Shown here in pieces: positions 11,616 to 22,637 of a DNA stretch of 64,000 nt. Within the stretch, counting starts at the first letter, position 1. Each line of letters starts with the position of its first letter. The notes beneath the pieces were generated by a model, which did no database searches, was not told the DNA's origin, and saw nothing but the letters and a program-made list of their open reading frames with translations. The translations under genes and the position numbers were made by a program. Source of the stretch: Alphaproteobacteria bacterium (GTDB taxonomy: Bacteria > Pseudomonadota > Alphaproteobacteria > UBA828); contig CAXXVO010000017.1 of the NCBI GenBank assembly GCA_963422645.2, positions 64,001 through 128,000 on the forward strand, given 5' to 3'.

Positions 11616-12063
11616 ATGAACCTGCTCCCTTGGATTGTTGGACTGCCGACGGCGTTACAACAGTCTCCAATGATCGGCGCGCTTACCGGCACTGCCGCCC
11701 GAAAGATCCACGCCGATGCTCTCACCCGGCCGCCCCAAGCCGGCGGTCCAGCCCGGCCCGCTCCTCCCGGCATCGGATTTCAGGTGAGCGAGGTCGGTCT
11801 CTCGGCGCGTCGTGCTGCAATCCCCGGTCGCGAGCAACGGGCACCGGCACCGCAGCTGCTGCACCCTGTCGGGCTCAGACTTCGAACAGATGCCGACGAT
11901 TCAAAGCGATTCTGGCCGCATGAACGTTAACCGGAACACGCCTCGATCAAGCCGCCAGGCCGGCCGCAACGGCGGGACGACCTTAGGAATTGCGCCGCCA
12001 GCGAACCATCGATCCGTGGGCGACGTGTTCGGTGAGGCCCGCGGAAAGCGTGCGAATGCGAAA

Positions 12064-12086
12064 GAGGGCGGTCACCAACCGCCCTC
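12064..12086 (-). terminator. Intrinsic terminator of the cold-shock gene
   Basis: GAGGGCGGT-5nt-ACCGCCCTC hairpin followed by TTT on the minus strand. Confidence 0.7.
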
Positions 12087-12100
12087 CCTCGCCGTGACAC

Positions 12101-12310
12101 CTAGTCGACGAGAGCCAGGTTTTCCGCGGATTTCTTCCCGTCTCGACCCGGAACCAATTCGAAGGAAACCCGCTGTCCTTCGTTGAGGCCGGTCAGGCCA
12201 GCGCGCTCAACGGCGCTGATGTGCACGAATGCGTCCTGTGAACCGTTCTCGGGCGTGATGAAACCGTAACCCTTGACCGAATTGAACCATTTCACGGTAC
12301 CTTGAGCCAT
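12101..12310 (-). CDS. cspA: Cold-shock protein
   Basis: 'GTVKWFN..KGYGFI' (RNP1) and 'FVHISA' (RNP2). Confidence 0.95.
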   Translation of the reverse strand: MAQGTVKWFNSVKGYGFITPENGSQDAFVHISAVERAGLTGLNEGQRVSFELVPGRDGKKSAENLALVD

Positions 12311-12502
12311 GATCGTGTCCTTTCACGACGTGTGGGCGAAGCGCCGCTTGATGCGGGCACTCCTGGAGTTTGTTCACAATGTCGTGGAAGTGTCTTGGCC
12401 AACCGTCGAAACGGTCAATCACGAGAGCGACGACGACCTCGTAAACTGATAACACCATACACCATTTCGACGCCGGTATCAATCGGACTGTCGGTAACTG
12501 TT

Positions 12503-12639
12503 GTAACTGCCCAGGTTCTTGCTGTGAAAATTCTCTGGGATTCGGCACAACGCTACCCACGCGACGCCCGTGTGCTCCTCTGGGGTCGCCGGGTTTCACA
12601 GCTCACGATGCCCCTCTTGCGGACTGCGACCGGTAAGCT
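12503..12639 (-). mobile_element. IS66 right-end remnant, cut by the unclassified IS
   Basis: Reverse complement of the last ~137 nt of the IS66 at 40589-42476, starting GTAACTGCCCAGG. Confidence 0.9.
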
Positions 12640-15152
12640 CAGACTTCCTGACCTCGTGATGCTGGCTGTTCTGGGCAGCGTGCCGGGAACTCCTTGAATT
12701 CTGATACATTTCGGTTGTTTCAGGCGGTTTTTCGCTGGGTGTCGCGCCCGAGGTCTGATATTATAATTTGATACCAATTGCACGGTCTCAACCATGCCCA
12801 GTACCCTCCCAATGTGCCCTCCAGAGGCGGTCTCGATCGGCAACAGCTGCTTCGCCGTCCTGATCTCGGACGACACCTTCACCTACTTTTCCAACCTCAT
12901 TCCCTTTGACAGCCACGCCGCCGATGACCGCACGGCCATGCTCTTGCGGATCGGCCGCCTCGCGGCGATCAGCGCGGTCTCGCCGCAGGAACTGGCTGAC
13001 GCTTTCGCTGTCTCGCGCGCGACGGTGCAGCGCGCACGACGGCGCTACCTGGCCGAGGGCGAAGCGGGGTTCATGAAGCCCCGGCGCGGTCGCGGGCCGT
13101 CGGTGTTCACTCCGGAGTTGGCGGAGAAGGCGACGGCGTTGCTGGCATCGGGCCTGAGCGGCTCTGCGGCGGCCCGGGTTCTCGGCGTGTCAGCGCCATC
13201 GGTCAACAAGTGGCGCCGTCAGGGACTGATCGGCAACACGGAGGCGGATGGGGAGCCCGGACGCTCAGCGCTGGCTGCGCCGCCTGACGCGGGTGCGGCT
13301 CCTGAAGGCCGTGTCGATGAAGAGAGTACCGGTGCCCCGGGGCCGGAGACGGCGCCGGGGCTGGAAGCGCAGCCGCAAACGGATCGCAGCGCGCGCGATC
13401 GGCGGGACCGGCAGGCGCCGATGGGGCGTGCGACTTGCGATGTTCCGGCTCGGGTTCTGGCCAGTTGTGGACAGGCGGGGCCGGTCGAACCGCAGTTCGC
13501 CGCCGCCGCCCGCGGTGTCCGCTTCGGCGGCGTGCTCGCCGCCCTGCCGGCCCTGCTGAAGGAAGGTCTTCTCTCCGAGACCGGTCTCCTGCCATTGCTG
13601 CCGAAGGGCTATTACGGCTTGCCTACGATCCTGCTCTTCCTGGCCTTCATGACCTTGGCGCGGGTGCGCAACCCCGAGAGCCTGCGCTACCAGGCGCCGG
13701 GCGAATGGGGCGCCATTCTCGGCCTCGATCGCTGCCCCGAGGTCAAGACGCTGCGCCGCAAGATCGCTCTCATCGCCGACGACGAGGCCGGCGTGCGGGC
13801 GTGGCAGCTCGCCCTTGCCAGGCGCTGGCAGGCGCCGACGAGCCGGAGCTCTGGGCGACGCTGGCCATCGACGGGCACGTCAAGGTCTACTCCGGCCGCA
13901 AGGGGCGCTTGCCCAAGCACTTCGTCTCGCGCGAGAAGCTGTGCCTGCCGGCGAGCGCCAGCTACTGGATCAACGCTCTGGGCGGCAAGCCGCTGCTCTG
14001 TCTGCACAAGCCGCTGGACCCGAAGATGGTCGCGGCCATCGAAGCCGACGTGGTGCCGGCGCTGCAGGAGCTTGGGATCGTTGGCGCCGGGGCGCCGGAC
14101 CTGACCGCCGAGCATCCCGGCCAGCCGGCGCTCACCCTGGTCTTCGACCGCGAGGGCTGGAGCCCGGATCTGTTCCGCCGGCTGGCGAGGCGCGGCGTCG
14201 CCTGCCTGACCTGGCACAAGAACTTCAGGGGCGAGGACTGGCCGGCCGAGGACTTCGGCGCGATGACCGTTCCCATTCACGGACCGGCGGCGGACGGCAG
14301 CGCCACCATGCGGCTGGCTGAGAAGCCGGTGACGTTGCCGAACGGCTTCAGGGTGCGCCAGATCCGCCGCCTGCTCGACAACGGCCGTCAGGTGCCGCTG
14401 ATCACCACCGATCCGCACAAGCCGATGGCTGAGGTTGCGGGCGCCATGTTCTCGCGCTGGTCGCAGGAGAACTTCTTCAAGTACATGCGTGACGAGTTCA
14501 ATCTCGACGCCCTGCCGACCCACGAGCTCGAGCCTCTCGATCCCGCCGCCATGGTCGTCAACCCGCTGCGGCGGGCCTATGACAAGGCAATCCATCGCCT
14601 CGACCGCCAGCTTGGCCGCCTGCGCAACCGCATCGCCGACACGGCCCGGAAGAAGCAGCCGACGGCGGAACTCAGGAGGGAAGTCAGGGACCTCCAGGAT
14701 GTCCGCGACATCGTCAGGGCCAGCCGCAGGGAGACGCCCAAGCACTGCCGGGCCGGCGACCTCGACGAAGCCGAGCAGCTCGATGCCTTGCCCGCGCGCG
14801 AGCGCCTCCTCCTCGACGTCATCCGGATGATCGCCTACCGCGCCGAAACCCGCATGATGCTTCCCGTCATGCAGGCGCAGGGCCACAAGCCCCATCCCCG
14901 GAAACTGCTTCAAGCGCTGCTCACCGCCGATGCCGACATCCTGCCGGATCCTGGCAATGGCCTCCTGCGGGTCCACATTCTTGGCCTCGCAAACGACGCC
15001 TGCGACCGTTGGATCGATGCGGTTCTGAGCGACCTGAACGCCACCGAAACGGTCTTCCCCGGCACCCGTCTGCGCATAGTCTACGACATCGACGGGGCCT
15101 CGGAATCCGCGCGGCTCGTGTCACCTAAAATCAGCAGAGGTCAGGAAGTCTG
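12640..15152 (+). mobile_element. Unclassified IS, copy 1 (CAG...CTG ends)
   Basis: 16-bp terminal repeats CAGACTTCCTGACCTC; matches 22854-25366 inverted. Flanks AAGCT and AATAT do not match each other. Confidence 0.88.
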
Positions 15153-15153
15153 A
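12794..15153 (+). CDS. Putative DDE transposase with N-terminal HTHs, split over two frames near 13835
   Basis: HTH segments, then 'LDRCPEVKTLRRK', 'IDGHVKVY', 'VFDREGWS', 'RWSQENFFKY'. The frame changes at LARRWQA / ADEPELW. Confidence 0.75.
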
Positions 15154-15380
15154 ATATATATTATAAATCAGCAAGTTCAATAGACATCGACTAGACATTG
15201 GTAACTTGTGGCTCCAGTCTAATATGTCCGGTAGGTCCCGTCAAGCGTGACCGCTAAAGAAGGACGGCCTATAGCCATACCTATGCATAGCTCACGAACG
15301 AGTAAGCTAGCGGATCCGGGCACCGATGTCCTATGGGTTTGAGCGTCAGGGGTTGTCCTGGGTGGAGTAAGGCTGCGCGG

Positions 15381-16268
15381 CTATCGTCGCATCCCAACGA
15401 AAGCCTGACCGCCGATGCTGCCGAGGATGATCAGCCCGCCGACGAGGGTCAGGATGCTCGGCACTTCGCCGAACGCGAGCGCCACCCAGAGCGATGCGAA
15501 CACCACCTCGGTCAGCGACAGCACGAGCAGCTCGGCGGCGGGGACGTTTCGCGCGCCGATGGTCAGCATGAAGATGCCGGCGCCGATGACCAGCACGCCG
15601 TACATCGTGGCCAGGCCGACATCCACGAGCGGCGGCGCGAGTCCGGTGCCGCTCGCCGCCGCCATGACCCCGCTGAACACGACGGTGATGGCGGCGGCGA
15701 TCAGAATTGACGGGCTCATGTCGGTGTGCCGGCCGCGTCGTATTGCGACCGAGAACCCGGCGAAGCCGACCGCAGACGCGAGCGACGCCAGATCGCCGAG
15801 GATATCGGCCTCCGCCAGCCCCTCCCCGATCATGACCGCGACGCCGGCGATCACGCCGGTCATGGCGAACCACATCGAGCGCGACACGCGCTCGCGCAGC
15901 ACCATCCAGCCGAGGAAGGCCGCAAAAAGCGGCGCCGCGCTGATCAGGAAGAGCGCATTCGCCACCGTGGAATGCATGACGCCCCACACGTAGCCGGTGA
16001 AGGCGACCGCGAGGCCCAGGCCGGCCACCAAGCCCGTCGTACCTGCGCGGCGGATTGTCGGAAGCATCGGGCGGCCGGTGACGAGCAGATAGACGAGGAC
16101 CGTCAACGCCGCCCCGAGGGAGCGGTAGAACAAGAACTGCCACGCCGTGCTCTCGTCGGCGAGCCGGATGATCGGCCCGCCAAGGCTCATGCAGAGCCCG
16201 GCCGAGAGCACCCAGAGGCGGCCGGTAACGCGGCTGCGTTCGGGCCCGGAACCCAGGACCGTGGTCAA
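15381..16268 (-). CDS. DMT/EamA-family transporter
   Basis: About 10 hydrophobic segments in two repeats, 'APLFAA.LG..VLRERV'. Confidence 0.85.
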   Translation of the reverse strand: MTTVLGSGPERSRVTGRLWVLSAGLCMSLGGPIIRLADESTAWQFLFYRSLGAALTVLVYLLVTGRPMLPTIRRAGTTGLVAGLGLAVAFTGYVWGVMHSTVANALFLISAAPLFAAFLGWMVLRERVSRSMWFAMTGVIAGVAVMIGEGLAEADILGDLASLASAVGFAGFSVAIRRGRHTDMSPSILIAAAITVVFSGVMAAASGTGLAPPLVDVGLATMYGVLVIGAGIFMLTIGARNVPAAELLVLSLTEVVFASLWVALAFGEVPSILTLVGGLIILGSIGGQAFVGMRR

Positions 16269-16345
16269 GAGGCCTCCTCACGATCTGCGAGATTGGCCGG
16301 GACGCGCCGAGGCGTCCGCCAGAATCGCGCGCAAGAATGCCCGGA

Positions 16346-17596
16346 TTAGGGCGACTTGTCGCCGTCCGATTCCGTCTCGGAGCGCGGGTCCAGCTCGTAG
16401 AGGGTGGGCGAGGTGCGGGGCACGGCCACAAAACCGGCACGATCGTCCTGCTTCGGCCGCCGGCGTAGCACGAGGCGGACGATGGTGAAGAGCGCGAGCG
16501 CGGCGTGGACGGAGGTCGTGAACATGAACAAGCCGCCGCTGCCGTAATACCCCATCAGGGCCGATGCGATCAGCGGGCCAAGCGACGCGCCGAGCCCGTA
16601 TATGAGCAGGAGCCCGCCGGCGGTCGCCACGAAGCGCGTGTCCTCGGCGTGGTCGTTCGCATGCGCCACTGAGACAGCGTAGAGCGGCATTGCGAAGCCG
16701 CCGAAAGCGGCTGAGAGCCCGATGAGCAGGGTGGTTGATGGCTCCACCCAGGTGCTGAGCAGGATGCCGCTCGCCGCCGCGCAGAGCGTTGCTCCGACGA
16801 TTACGAAGCGCCGGTCGATGCGGTCGGAGACCAGGCCGAGCGGCCATTGCGCGACGGCGCCGGCGAGCGTTGCGCCTGCGATGAAGTACACCAGATTGTC
16901 GATGTCGAGACCGCTGCGGCTCGCGAAAACCGGCCCCAGGGTCCAGAACGAGCCGTTGACGAGGCCGACGCTCAGGCACCCGATGAATCCCACCGGCGAG
17001 AGGCGCCAAAGACCCGCGATGTCGAGGCCGATGGTCGCGGGCCGGGGCGGCTCCGGCGCCTTGGTCAGCGACACCGGCACCAGCGCGATCGCAATCAGGA
17101 TGGCGATGAGCGCAAACAACTCGAAGCCCGCAGGGTCGTACGCCGTCAGCAGGAACTGCCCTGCCATCAACACGCAGAGGCTGATGAAGGTGTATGCCGA
17201 CATGATCGCGCCGCGGTTGGCGCTGGTGGCGCGGTCATTCAACCAGCTCTCGATCACCACGTAGAGCCCGGAGAAGGCAAAGCCGACAAAGAAACGCAGA
17301 ACCCCCCAGACGATTGGGTCGATCAAGAAGACATGAGCCAGCGCCGTGGCGGCGATGATGCTGGAGAGCGTCGCGAAGGTCCTGATGTGACCGACGCGGC
17401 GCACCACAAAGGGCACATTAAGGCAGCCCAGGATGAAGCCCGCGAAGTAGACGGTGCCGAGCAGGCCGATCTCGAGCGTCGAGAAGGCCTCGATCTCAGC
17501 CCGCACGGGCAGGAGCGTGTTGATCAGCCCGTTGCCGGTGAAGAGGATGGCCGTGCTGAGCAGCAGCGCGGCGAGCTGTCGAAGCGTCGCGGTCAT
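16346..17596 (-). CDS. MFS transporter
   Basis: About 12 TM segments, 'ESWLND...NRG', 'G.VSDRIDRR'. Start placed at MTATLRQ. Confidence 0.88.
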   Translation of the reverse strand: MTATLRQLAALLLSTAILFTGNGLINTLLPVRAEIEAFSTLEIGLLGTVYFAGFILGCLNVPFVVRRVGHIRTFATLSSIIAATALAHVFLIDPIVWGVLRFFVGFAFSGLYVVIESWLNDRATSANRGAIMSAYTFISLCVLMAGQFLLTAYDPAGFELFALIAILIAIALVPVSLTKAPEPPRPATIGLDIAGLWRLSPVGFIGCLSVGLVNGSFWTLGPVFASRSGLDIDNLVYFIAGATLAGAVAQWPLGLVSDRIDRRFVIVGATLCAAASGILLSTWVEPSTTLLIGLSAAFGGFAMPLYAVSVAHANDHAEDTRFVATAGGLLLIYGLGASLGPLIASALMGYYGSGGLFMFTTSVHAALALFTIVRLVLRRRPKQDDRAGFVAVPRTSPTLYELDPRSETESDGDKSP

Positions 17597-17807
17597 GGCG
17601 ATGTGCAGGTGGGGTGGCGGTCCCCGATCAGCAACACAAATTCGCCCGCCACCGGAAGAATTTAAGTAACTACCCAGGTACCCCAATCCTGAGTTTAGGA
17701 CGGTGATTATGGCGGCGGCCGCGGCCTGGTTCTGCCACCGCGATTGGTTCTTGACCTCATAGAGTTGCGGGACTATGGACTGCTCTCTCGCGTGACGGGA
17801 GCGGTCC

Positions 17808-17866
17808 ATGGGGTATTTCGGCTCGAAGGCGACAGCAGGTCTGTGCCAAGCGCTGATTGCGCTGAT
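17808..17866 (+). pseudogene. N-terminal fragment of a probable DNA adenine methyltransferase, cut by IS21
   Basis: GGAG RBS, then 'MGYFGSKATAGLCQALIAL', which resembles the Y-x-G-S-K start of Dam/D12-class methylases. Ends at the IS21 TGT. Confidence 0.5.
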
Positions 17867-18068
17867 TGTCAATCGGCTTTCAATACTGACCCCCGATCGG
17901 CGTGCAAAATTGACCCCCCTGAGTGGCACGGCGGAGGTTGTCCCGGTAGCCAATAGGGGGGACCCGCGCGGCTTCGTGTGGCGCCCTGCGCTACGCGGAG
18001 CGAAGCCGCGTGGGGGGTCCCTGTTGGCCCACCGGGGCAACCGGGCCGCAAGGGAGGCCGGCGGCGGG

Positions 18069-18797
18069 TCAGGAGCGGTTCTTGAAGCGCCAGCTCTCGT
18101 TGCCGGTCTCGATGATCTCGCAATGATGGGTGAGGCGATCGAGCAGCGCTGTGGTCATCTTGGGGTCGCCGAAGACGGATGGCCATTCGCCGAAGGCGAG
18201 GTTTGTGGTGATGACGATCGAGGTGCGCTCGTAGAGCCGGCTCATCAGATGGAAGAGCAGCTGCCCACCGGCCTGGGCGAAGGGCAGGTAGCCGAGCTCG
18301 TCGAGGATGACGAAGTCGCGGCGGACGAGCTGGTCTGCAGTGCGGCCCTGGCGTCCGGCGCGAAGCTCGGCCTCGAGGAGGTTGACCAGGTCGACGACGT
18401 TGTAGCACCGGCCGCGCGCGCCCTTGCGGATGCAGGACCGCGCGATGGCGACGGCGAGATGGGTCTTGCCGGTACCGGTGCCGCCGACCAGCACGATGTT
18501 GCGTTTGCCCTCGAGGAAGCCGCCGCCGGCGAGCTCCTGGATCAGGGGCTCGTTGACCGGCGAGGCGGCGAAGTCGAAGTCGGCCAGCTCCTTGACCGTC
18601 GGCAGCTTGGCGGAGGCCATCTGGTACTTGATCGAGCGGGCCCTCTTGTCGGCGATCTCGACCTGCAGCAGCGTACCGATGATCTGTTGCACCGGATGGC
18701 GGCGCTTGAGCCCGTCGGCAAGGATGTCGTCGTAAGCGGCGCGCATACCTGCGAGCTTCAGCTGGGTCATCATCTCCAGCACATCATGACGCTCCAT
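18069..18797 (-). CDS. istB: IS21 helper ATPase
   Basis: 'GGTGTGKTH', 'ILDELGY', 'LLDRLTHH'. Confidence 0.95.
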   Translation of the reverse strand: MERHDVLEMMTQLKLAGMRAAYDDILADGLKRRHPVQQIIGTLLQVEIADKRARSIKYQMASAKLPTVKELADFDFAASPVNEPLIQELAGGGFLEGKRNIVLVGGTGTGKTHLAVAIARSCIRKGARGRCYNVVDLVNLLEAELRAGRQGRTADQLVRRDFVILDELGYLPFAQAGGQLLFHLMSRLYERTSIVITTNLAFGEWPSVFGDPKMTTALLDRLTHHCEIIETGNESWRFKNRS

Positions 18798-20298
18798 GAC
18801 CGGCCTCCCTCAGGCTGTCGTAGCGCTGACAGTCGGCTACCGGCTTGTGGCGAAGCTGCAGGCCCTCGGGCGTCGGGATGATTGCCGGCGGTGCCGGCTG
18901 GCGCTGCCGGGCGAGGATGTTGAGCACCACGTCGGCGCTGCAGGCACCGCAGTCGAGCGTCTCGGCACAGGCCGCCTCAACCGCCTCCAGTCCGTCCTCC
19001 AGCACCGCCGCGAGCACCTTGACGAACTGCCGGTCGCCGTCGTCGTGGCCCGCGAGCCGGGTTCGCAGGCGGCCGAGCGCGTTGGGCAACTGCCAGTCCT
19101 TGAAGGGCGCGCCATTGCGTAGCGCGCCGGGCTTCCGCGTCAGGATCGGCACGTAATGCCACGGATCGTAGACGAACCGGCCGCGCCCGAAGCTGCGGGG
19201 GTGCTCGGCAACGGTCTCGCCGTCCTGGCGGATGACGATCCGATCGGCATAGGCCCGCACGTCCACCGGCCGGCCGACGGCGCGGGCCGCGACGCTGTAC
19301 TGGTTGTTGTCGAAGCGCACCAGACAGGTCTTCGAGACCGACACCTCGCTGGCATGGAAGCCGTCGAAGGGGCCGCGATACGCCATCAGGAAGGGCTGCT
19401 CCTCCTCGAACACCTGCCACACCGTCTTGCCCGGGATTGTCGGATGCGGATGCTTCTTGGCGTCCTCGATGCACCGATCCATCAGCCACTCGTTGATCTC
19501 GGCGTAGGAGCGGCCCCGCGGGATGGGCACGAACAGGCGGCCGCGAAGGTCACCCACCTGCTTCTCGACCTGCCCCTTCTCCCAGCCAGCCCCTGGCGTG
19601 CACGCCACAGGCTCCACCAGATGGTGCGAGCACAGCTCCTGGAAGCGGCGGTTGTAGTCCCGCTTCTTGCCCACGAAGATCGTGCTCACCGCCGTCTTCA
19701 TGTTGTCGTAGATGCCCCGCCGGCAGACCCCGCCGAAGAAGCGGAAGGCACGCTCGTGCGCCTCGAAGACCATCTCCTGGCTCTCGCGGGGAAAGATCTG
19801 GACCAGATACATCCGGCTGTGGCACAGCCGCATGTGCGCCGCCTTCACCCTGGTCGTCGCGCCCGACAGACGCGCGTACTCGTGGCTCCAGTCGAACTGG
19901 TAGGCCTCGCCGGGATCGAAGATCAGCGGCACATAGGCCTGCGCCGGCGACAACAGCCGCCACCGGCGCCGCCAGGCCCTGGCATAGCGGCGAACCGCGT
20001 CATAGCCGCCCTTGTAGCCCAGCGACACAAGGTCTTCATGAATCCGCAGAAGAGACAGCCGATCCTTGCGTGCCTTCTTCTCGTTGGCCTTCAGCTGGCG
20101 CTCAAGCTCCTCCACCCACAGCCCAAGCTTCGGCATCGGCTGGATCTTGCGCTCGTAGCTGTGCGAGGTCGCATCGCCCCGCACCACCTTGCGTATCGTG
20201 TTCTTGGAAACCCTCAAATCCCGGGCGAGCTTCTTGATCGGAACGCCCTTCACCAGATGATCCCGACGGATCTTCGCGATCGTTTCCACAACCAGCAT
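18784..20298 (-). CDS. istA: IS21 transposase
   Basis: 'YQFDWS', 'YDNMKTAV', 'WEKGQVE'. Confidence 0.95.
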   Translation of the reverse strand: MLVVETIAKIRRDHLVKGVPIKKLARDLRVSKNTIRKVVRGDATSHSYERKIQPMPKLGLWVEELERQLKANEKKARKDRLSLLRIHEDLVSLGYKGGYDAVRRYARAWRRRWRLLSPAQAYVPLIFDPGEAYQFDWSHEYARLSGATTRVKAAHMRLCHSRMYLVQIFPRESQEMVFEAHERAFRFFGGVCRRGIYDNMKTAVSTIFVGKKRDYNRRFQELCSHHLVEPVACTPGAGWEKGQVEKQVGDLRGRLFVPIPRGRSYAEINEWLMDRCIEDAKKHPHPTIPGKTVWQVFEEEQPFLMAYRGPFDGFHASEVSVSKTCLVRFDNNQYSVAARAVGRPVDVRAYADRIVIRQDGETVAEHPRSFGRGRFVYDPWHYVPILTRKPGALRNGAPFKDWQLPNALGRLRTRLAGHDDGDRQFVKVLAAVLEDGLEAVEAACAETLDCGACSADVVLNILARQRQPAPPAIIPTPEGLQLRHKPVADCQRYDSLREAGHGAS

Positions 20299-20417
20299 CT
20301 CCCCCACCACCCCGTCCGTCCAAACGACGAGGTGTGTTCATGGACACAAATCCAGGGGGGTCAATTTTGGACGCCGATCACCCCCAATAGGGGGTCACTT
20401 TTCCACGCTTAACAACA

Positions 20418-20921
20418 GTCGCGCACCGCCTTCACGATGGAGGGCAGGTTGGGGCGCGGGTCCAGCAGCCAGAGCTGGGACTTGGTGGCGAAGGCATGGG
20501 TGCGCTCCTGCATGATCGAGGAGCCTTCGCCGTAGTCCTCGCCGAGGATCACCAGTGCGCCCCCCGTGACCCCGCCGGAGGAGAGATTGGCGAGGGCGTC
20601 CGCCGCCACATTGGCGCCGACGGGCCCCTTGAAGGTGACCGCGCCCCGGATCGGATAATTGACGGAGGCGGCGAGCATGGCGGCGGCCGCAGCCTCGCTG
20701 GCGTTGGCCTCGAAATGCACGCCGAGTTCGCCCAGAATTTCCTCGGCGTCGGAGAGCACGTCGATCAGGTGCGAAACCGGCGCGCCGGGATAGCCGCCCA
20801 CATAGCCCACGCCGCATTCGAGCAGGGCTTTCGTAATTGCCAGGATTCCCTCGCCGCGGAACTCCTGCCCCGCTCCGATGCGCAAGTCCTGAACTTCCTT
20901 GGCGAATGAACGCTCGGCCAT
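20418..20921 (-). pseudogene. iorA: Indolepyruvate:ferredoxin oxidoreductase alpha subunit, 3'-truncated by IS21
   Basis: 'GEGILAITKALLECGVGYVGGYPGAP', 'EANASEAAAAAML'. The ORF runs into the IS21 end after about 168 codons. Confidence 0.75.
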
Positions 20922-21089
20922 TGGTGCCGTCCTGCAAGATTCGGGAGGATTATGCCCTCAATATATTCGATTCCGGTAACTGCCCAGGTCGTCTGATTTG
21001 TCATTTTGGGCCAGTGGATTGAGGCGTTTCTCGTTCGGAGTTGGTGGAAAGGGCTTGACGGGAATTTCGGGAAATGACTCAACAACGAC

Positions 21090-22595
21090 ATGAGCAATCC
21101 CGAGTCGCCGCGCGGCCCTTCGACGGGAGCAGCGCCCGAAACGCCCGCGCAGAAGATCGCCCGCCTGGAGGAGGAGAACGCCCGGCTTCGGGAGGAAAAT
21201 GCCTGGCTTCGGCAGCAGAACGCGCGGCTGGAAGAGCAAGTCGCGCGTCTCGTCGAGCGCATCGAGGAGTTGGAGCGCCGTCTCGGCCTCAACAGCGGCA
21301 ACAGCGGCAAGCCGCCTTCGAGCGATGGGCTGAGGAAGCCGAATTCGAAGCGGCGAACCCGAAGCCTGCGCGGCAAATCGGGCCGCAAGCCCGGTGGCCA
21401 GCCCGGCCACAAGGGCAAGACGCTGCGCCGCGCCGATCACCCGGATCGGGTGAAGGATCACGTCCCGGCTTCCTGCAAGGGATGCGGTTCGCCGCTTTCG
21501 GACGCGGCCAGGGCGGGAACGCCCGTCGCCCGCCAGGTGTTCGATCTGCCCGAGCCGAGCCCCCTGGAGGTGACCGAGCACCGGGCGCATGCCAAGTGCT
21601 GCGGGCATTGCGGGACGGTGACCCGGGCGGCGTTCCCCGACGGGGTGTCGGCGCCGGTGCAGTACGGCCCGCGCATTGCCGGGGTGGCGGTCTACCTTCA
21701 GCACGCTCACTTCCTGCCGGAGGATCGGCTGTCGCAGGTGATGGCCGAGCTCTTCGGCGCGCCGGTGACGGCTGCGACGTTGGCGACGATGAGCGAGAGG
21801 GCGGCCGAGCGGCTGCGGGACGCGGCCTTGCACATACAGGACCTGGCGGCGGGCACGGCGCGGGTGAAACACATGGACGAGACCGGCTTGCGGATCGGCG
21901 GTCAGACGCAGTGGCTTCATGTGATCTGCACGCCGCTGCTGGCGGCGTACCGGGTCAGCGGCAAGCGCGGCGCCCTGCTCTCGGGTGTCTCCGGCATCGT
22001 CGTGCACGATCACTGGAAGCCGTACTTCGCGATGGAAGGGGTGGAGCACGGCCTGTGCAACGCCCATCACCTGCGGGAGTTGCAGGCGCTGGTGGACATC
22101 GAAGGGGAGGCTTGGGCCCGGCGGATGCAGCAGCTCCTGCGCCGAGCCAATCGCGCCGCCCGCATCGCGCTGGACAAGGATATCGCCGTTCCGGCGAGGC
22201 TTGTGGCGCTGATCGAGCGCCGATACGACGAGATCATCGCCGATGCGCTGGCCTTTCACGAGAGCCAACCACCGTTCTCGCCTGGCAAGAGGAAGAAGCG
22301 CCGGAAGCGAAGGATCGGTCACAATCCGGCCTTGAGGCTGCGCGACCACAAATGCGCGGTGCTCCGGTTCCTGATCGACCTCGAGGTCGGGTTCACGAAC
22401 AACGAGGCCGAGCGCGACCTTCGGATGATGAAGCTGCGCCAGAAGATCTCCGGGGGCTTCCGGTCCGCGCAGGGGGCCGAGAACTTCGCCATCCTGCGCA
22501 GCGTCATCACCACCGCCAGAAAGCAGGGCTGGAATATCATCGAAGCCCTGACCAGCCCATCGGATCGGCTCATCGCCACCGTCAAGTGCGCGTAA
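21090..22595 (+). CDS. tnpC: IS66 transposase
   Basis: Leucine zipper, 'NSGKPPSSD', zinc finger, 'DETG', 'CNAHHLREL', '[10 protein letters not shown]'. Confidence 0.95.
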   Translation: MSNPESPRGPSTGAAPETPAQKIARLEEENARLREENAWLRQQNARLEEQVARLVERIEELERRLGLNSGNSGKPPSSDGLRKPNSKRRTRSLRGKSGRKPGGQPGHKGKTLRRADHPDRVKDHVPASCKGCGSPLSDAARAGTPVARQVFDLPEPSPLEVTEHRAHAKCCGHCGTVTRAAFPDGVSAPVQYGPRIAGVAVYLQHAHFLPEDRLSQVMAELFGAPVTAATLATMSERAAERLRDAALHIQDLAAGTARVKHMDETGLRIGGQTQWLHVICTPLLAAYRVSGKRGALLSGVSGIVVHDHWKPYFAMEGVEHGLCNAHHLRELQALVDIEGEAWARRMQQLLRRANRAARIALDKDIAVPARLVALIERRYDEIIADALAFHESQPPFSPGKRKKRRKRRIGHNPALRLRDHKCAVLRFLIDLEVGFTNNEAERDLRMMKLRQKISGGFRSAQGAENFAILRSVITTARKQGWNIIEALTSPSDRLIATVKCA

Positions 22596-22637
22596 GCTCA
22601 CCTGGCACGGGTTCTCCAACAGCGGAGCCATTCTCAT

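Larger units (their letters stand above)
17867..20417 (-). mobile_element. IS21-family element
   Basis: TGT...ACA ends with repeated TGACCCCC motifs, istA-istB pair, no target duplication. Confidence 0.92.

Noticed and set aside
15153-15330. AT-rich stretch that might be an att site or ncRNA
   Set aside because: No partner repeat, tRNA fragment or clear structure was found.
16346-18040. 564-aa extended MFS ORF
   Set aside because: The extension runs through IS21 and IS66-like ends; transporter homology starts at 17596.
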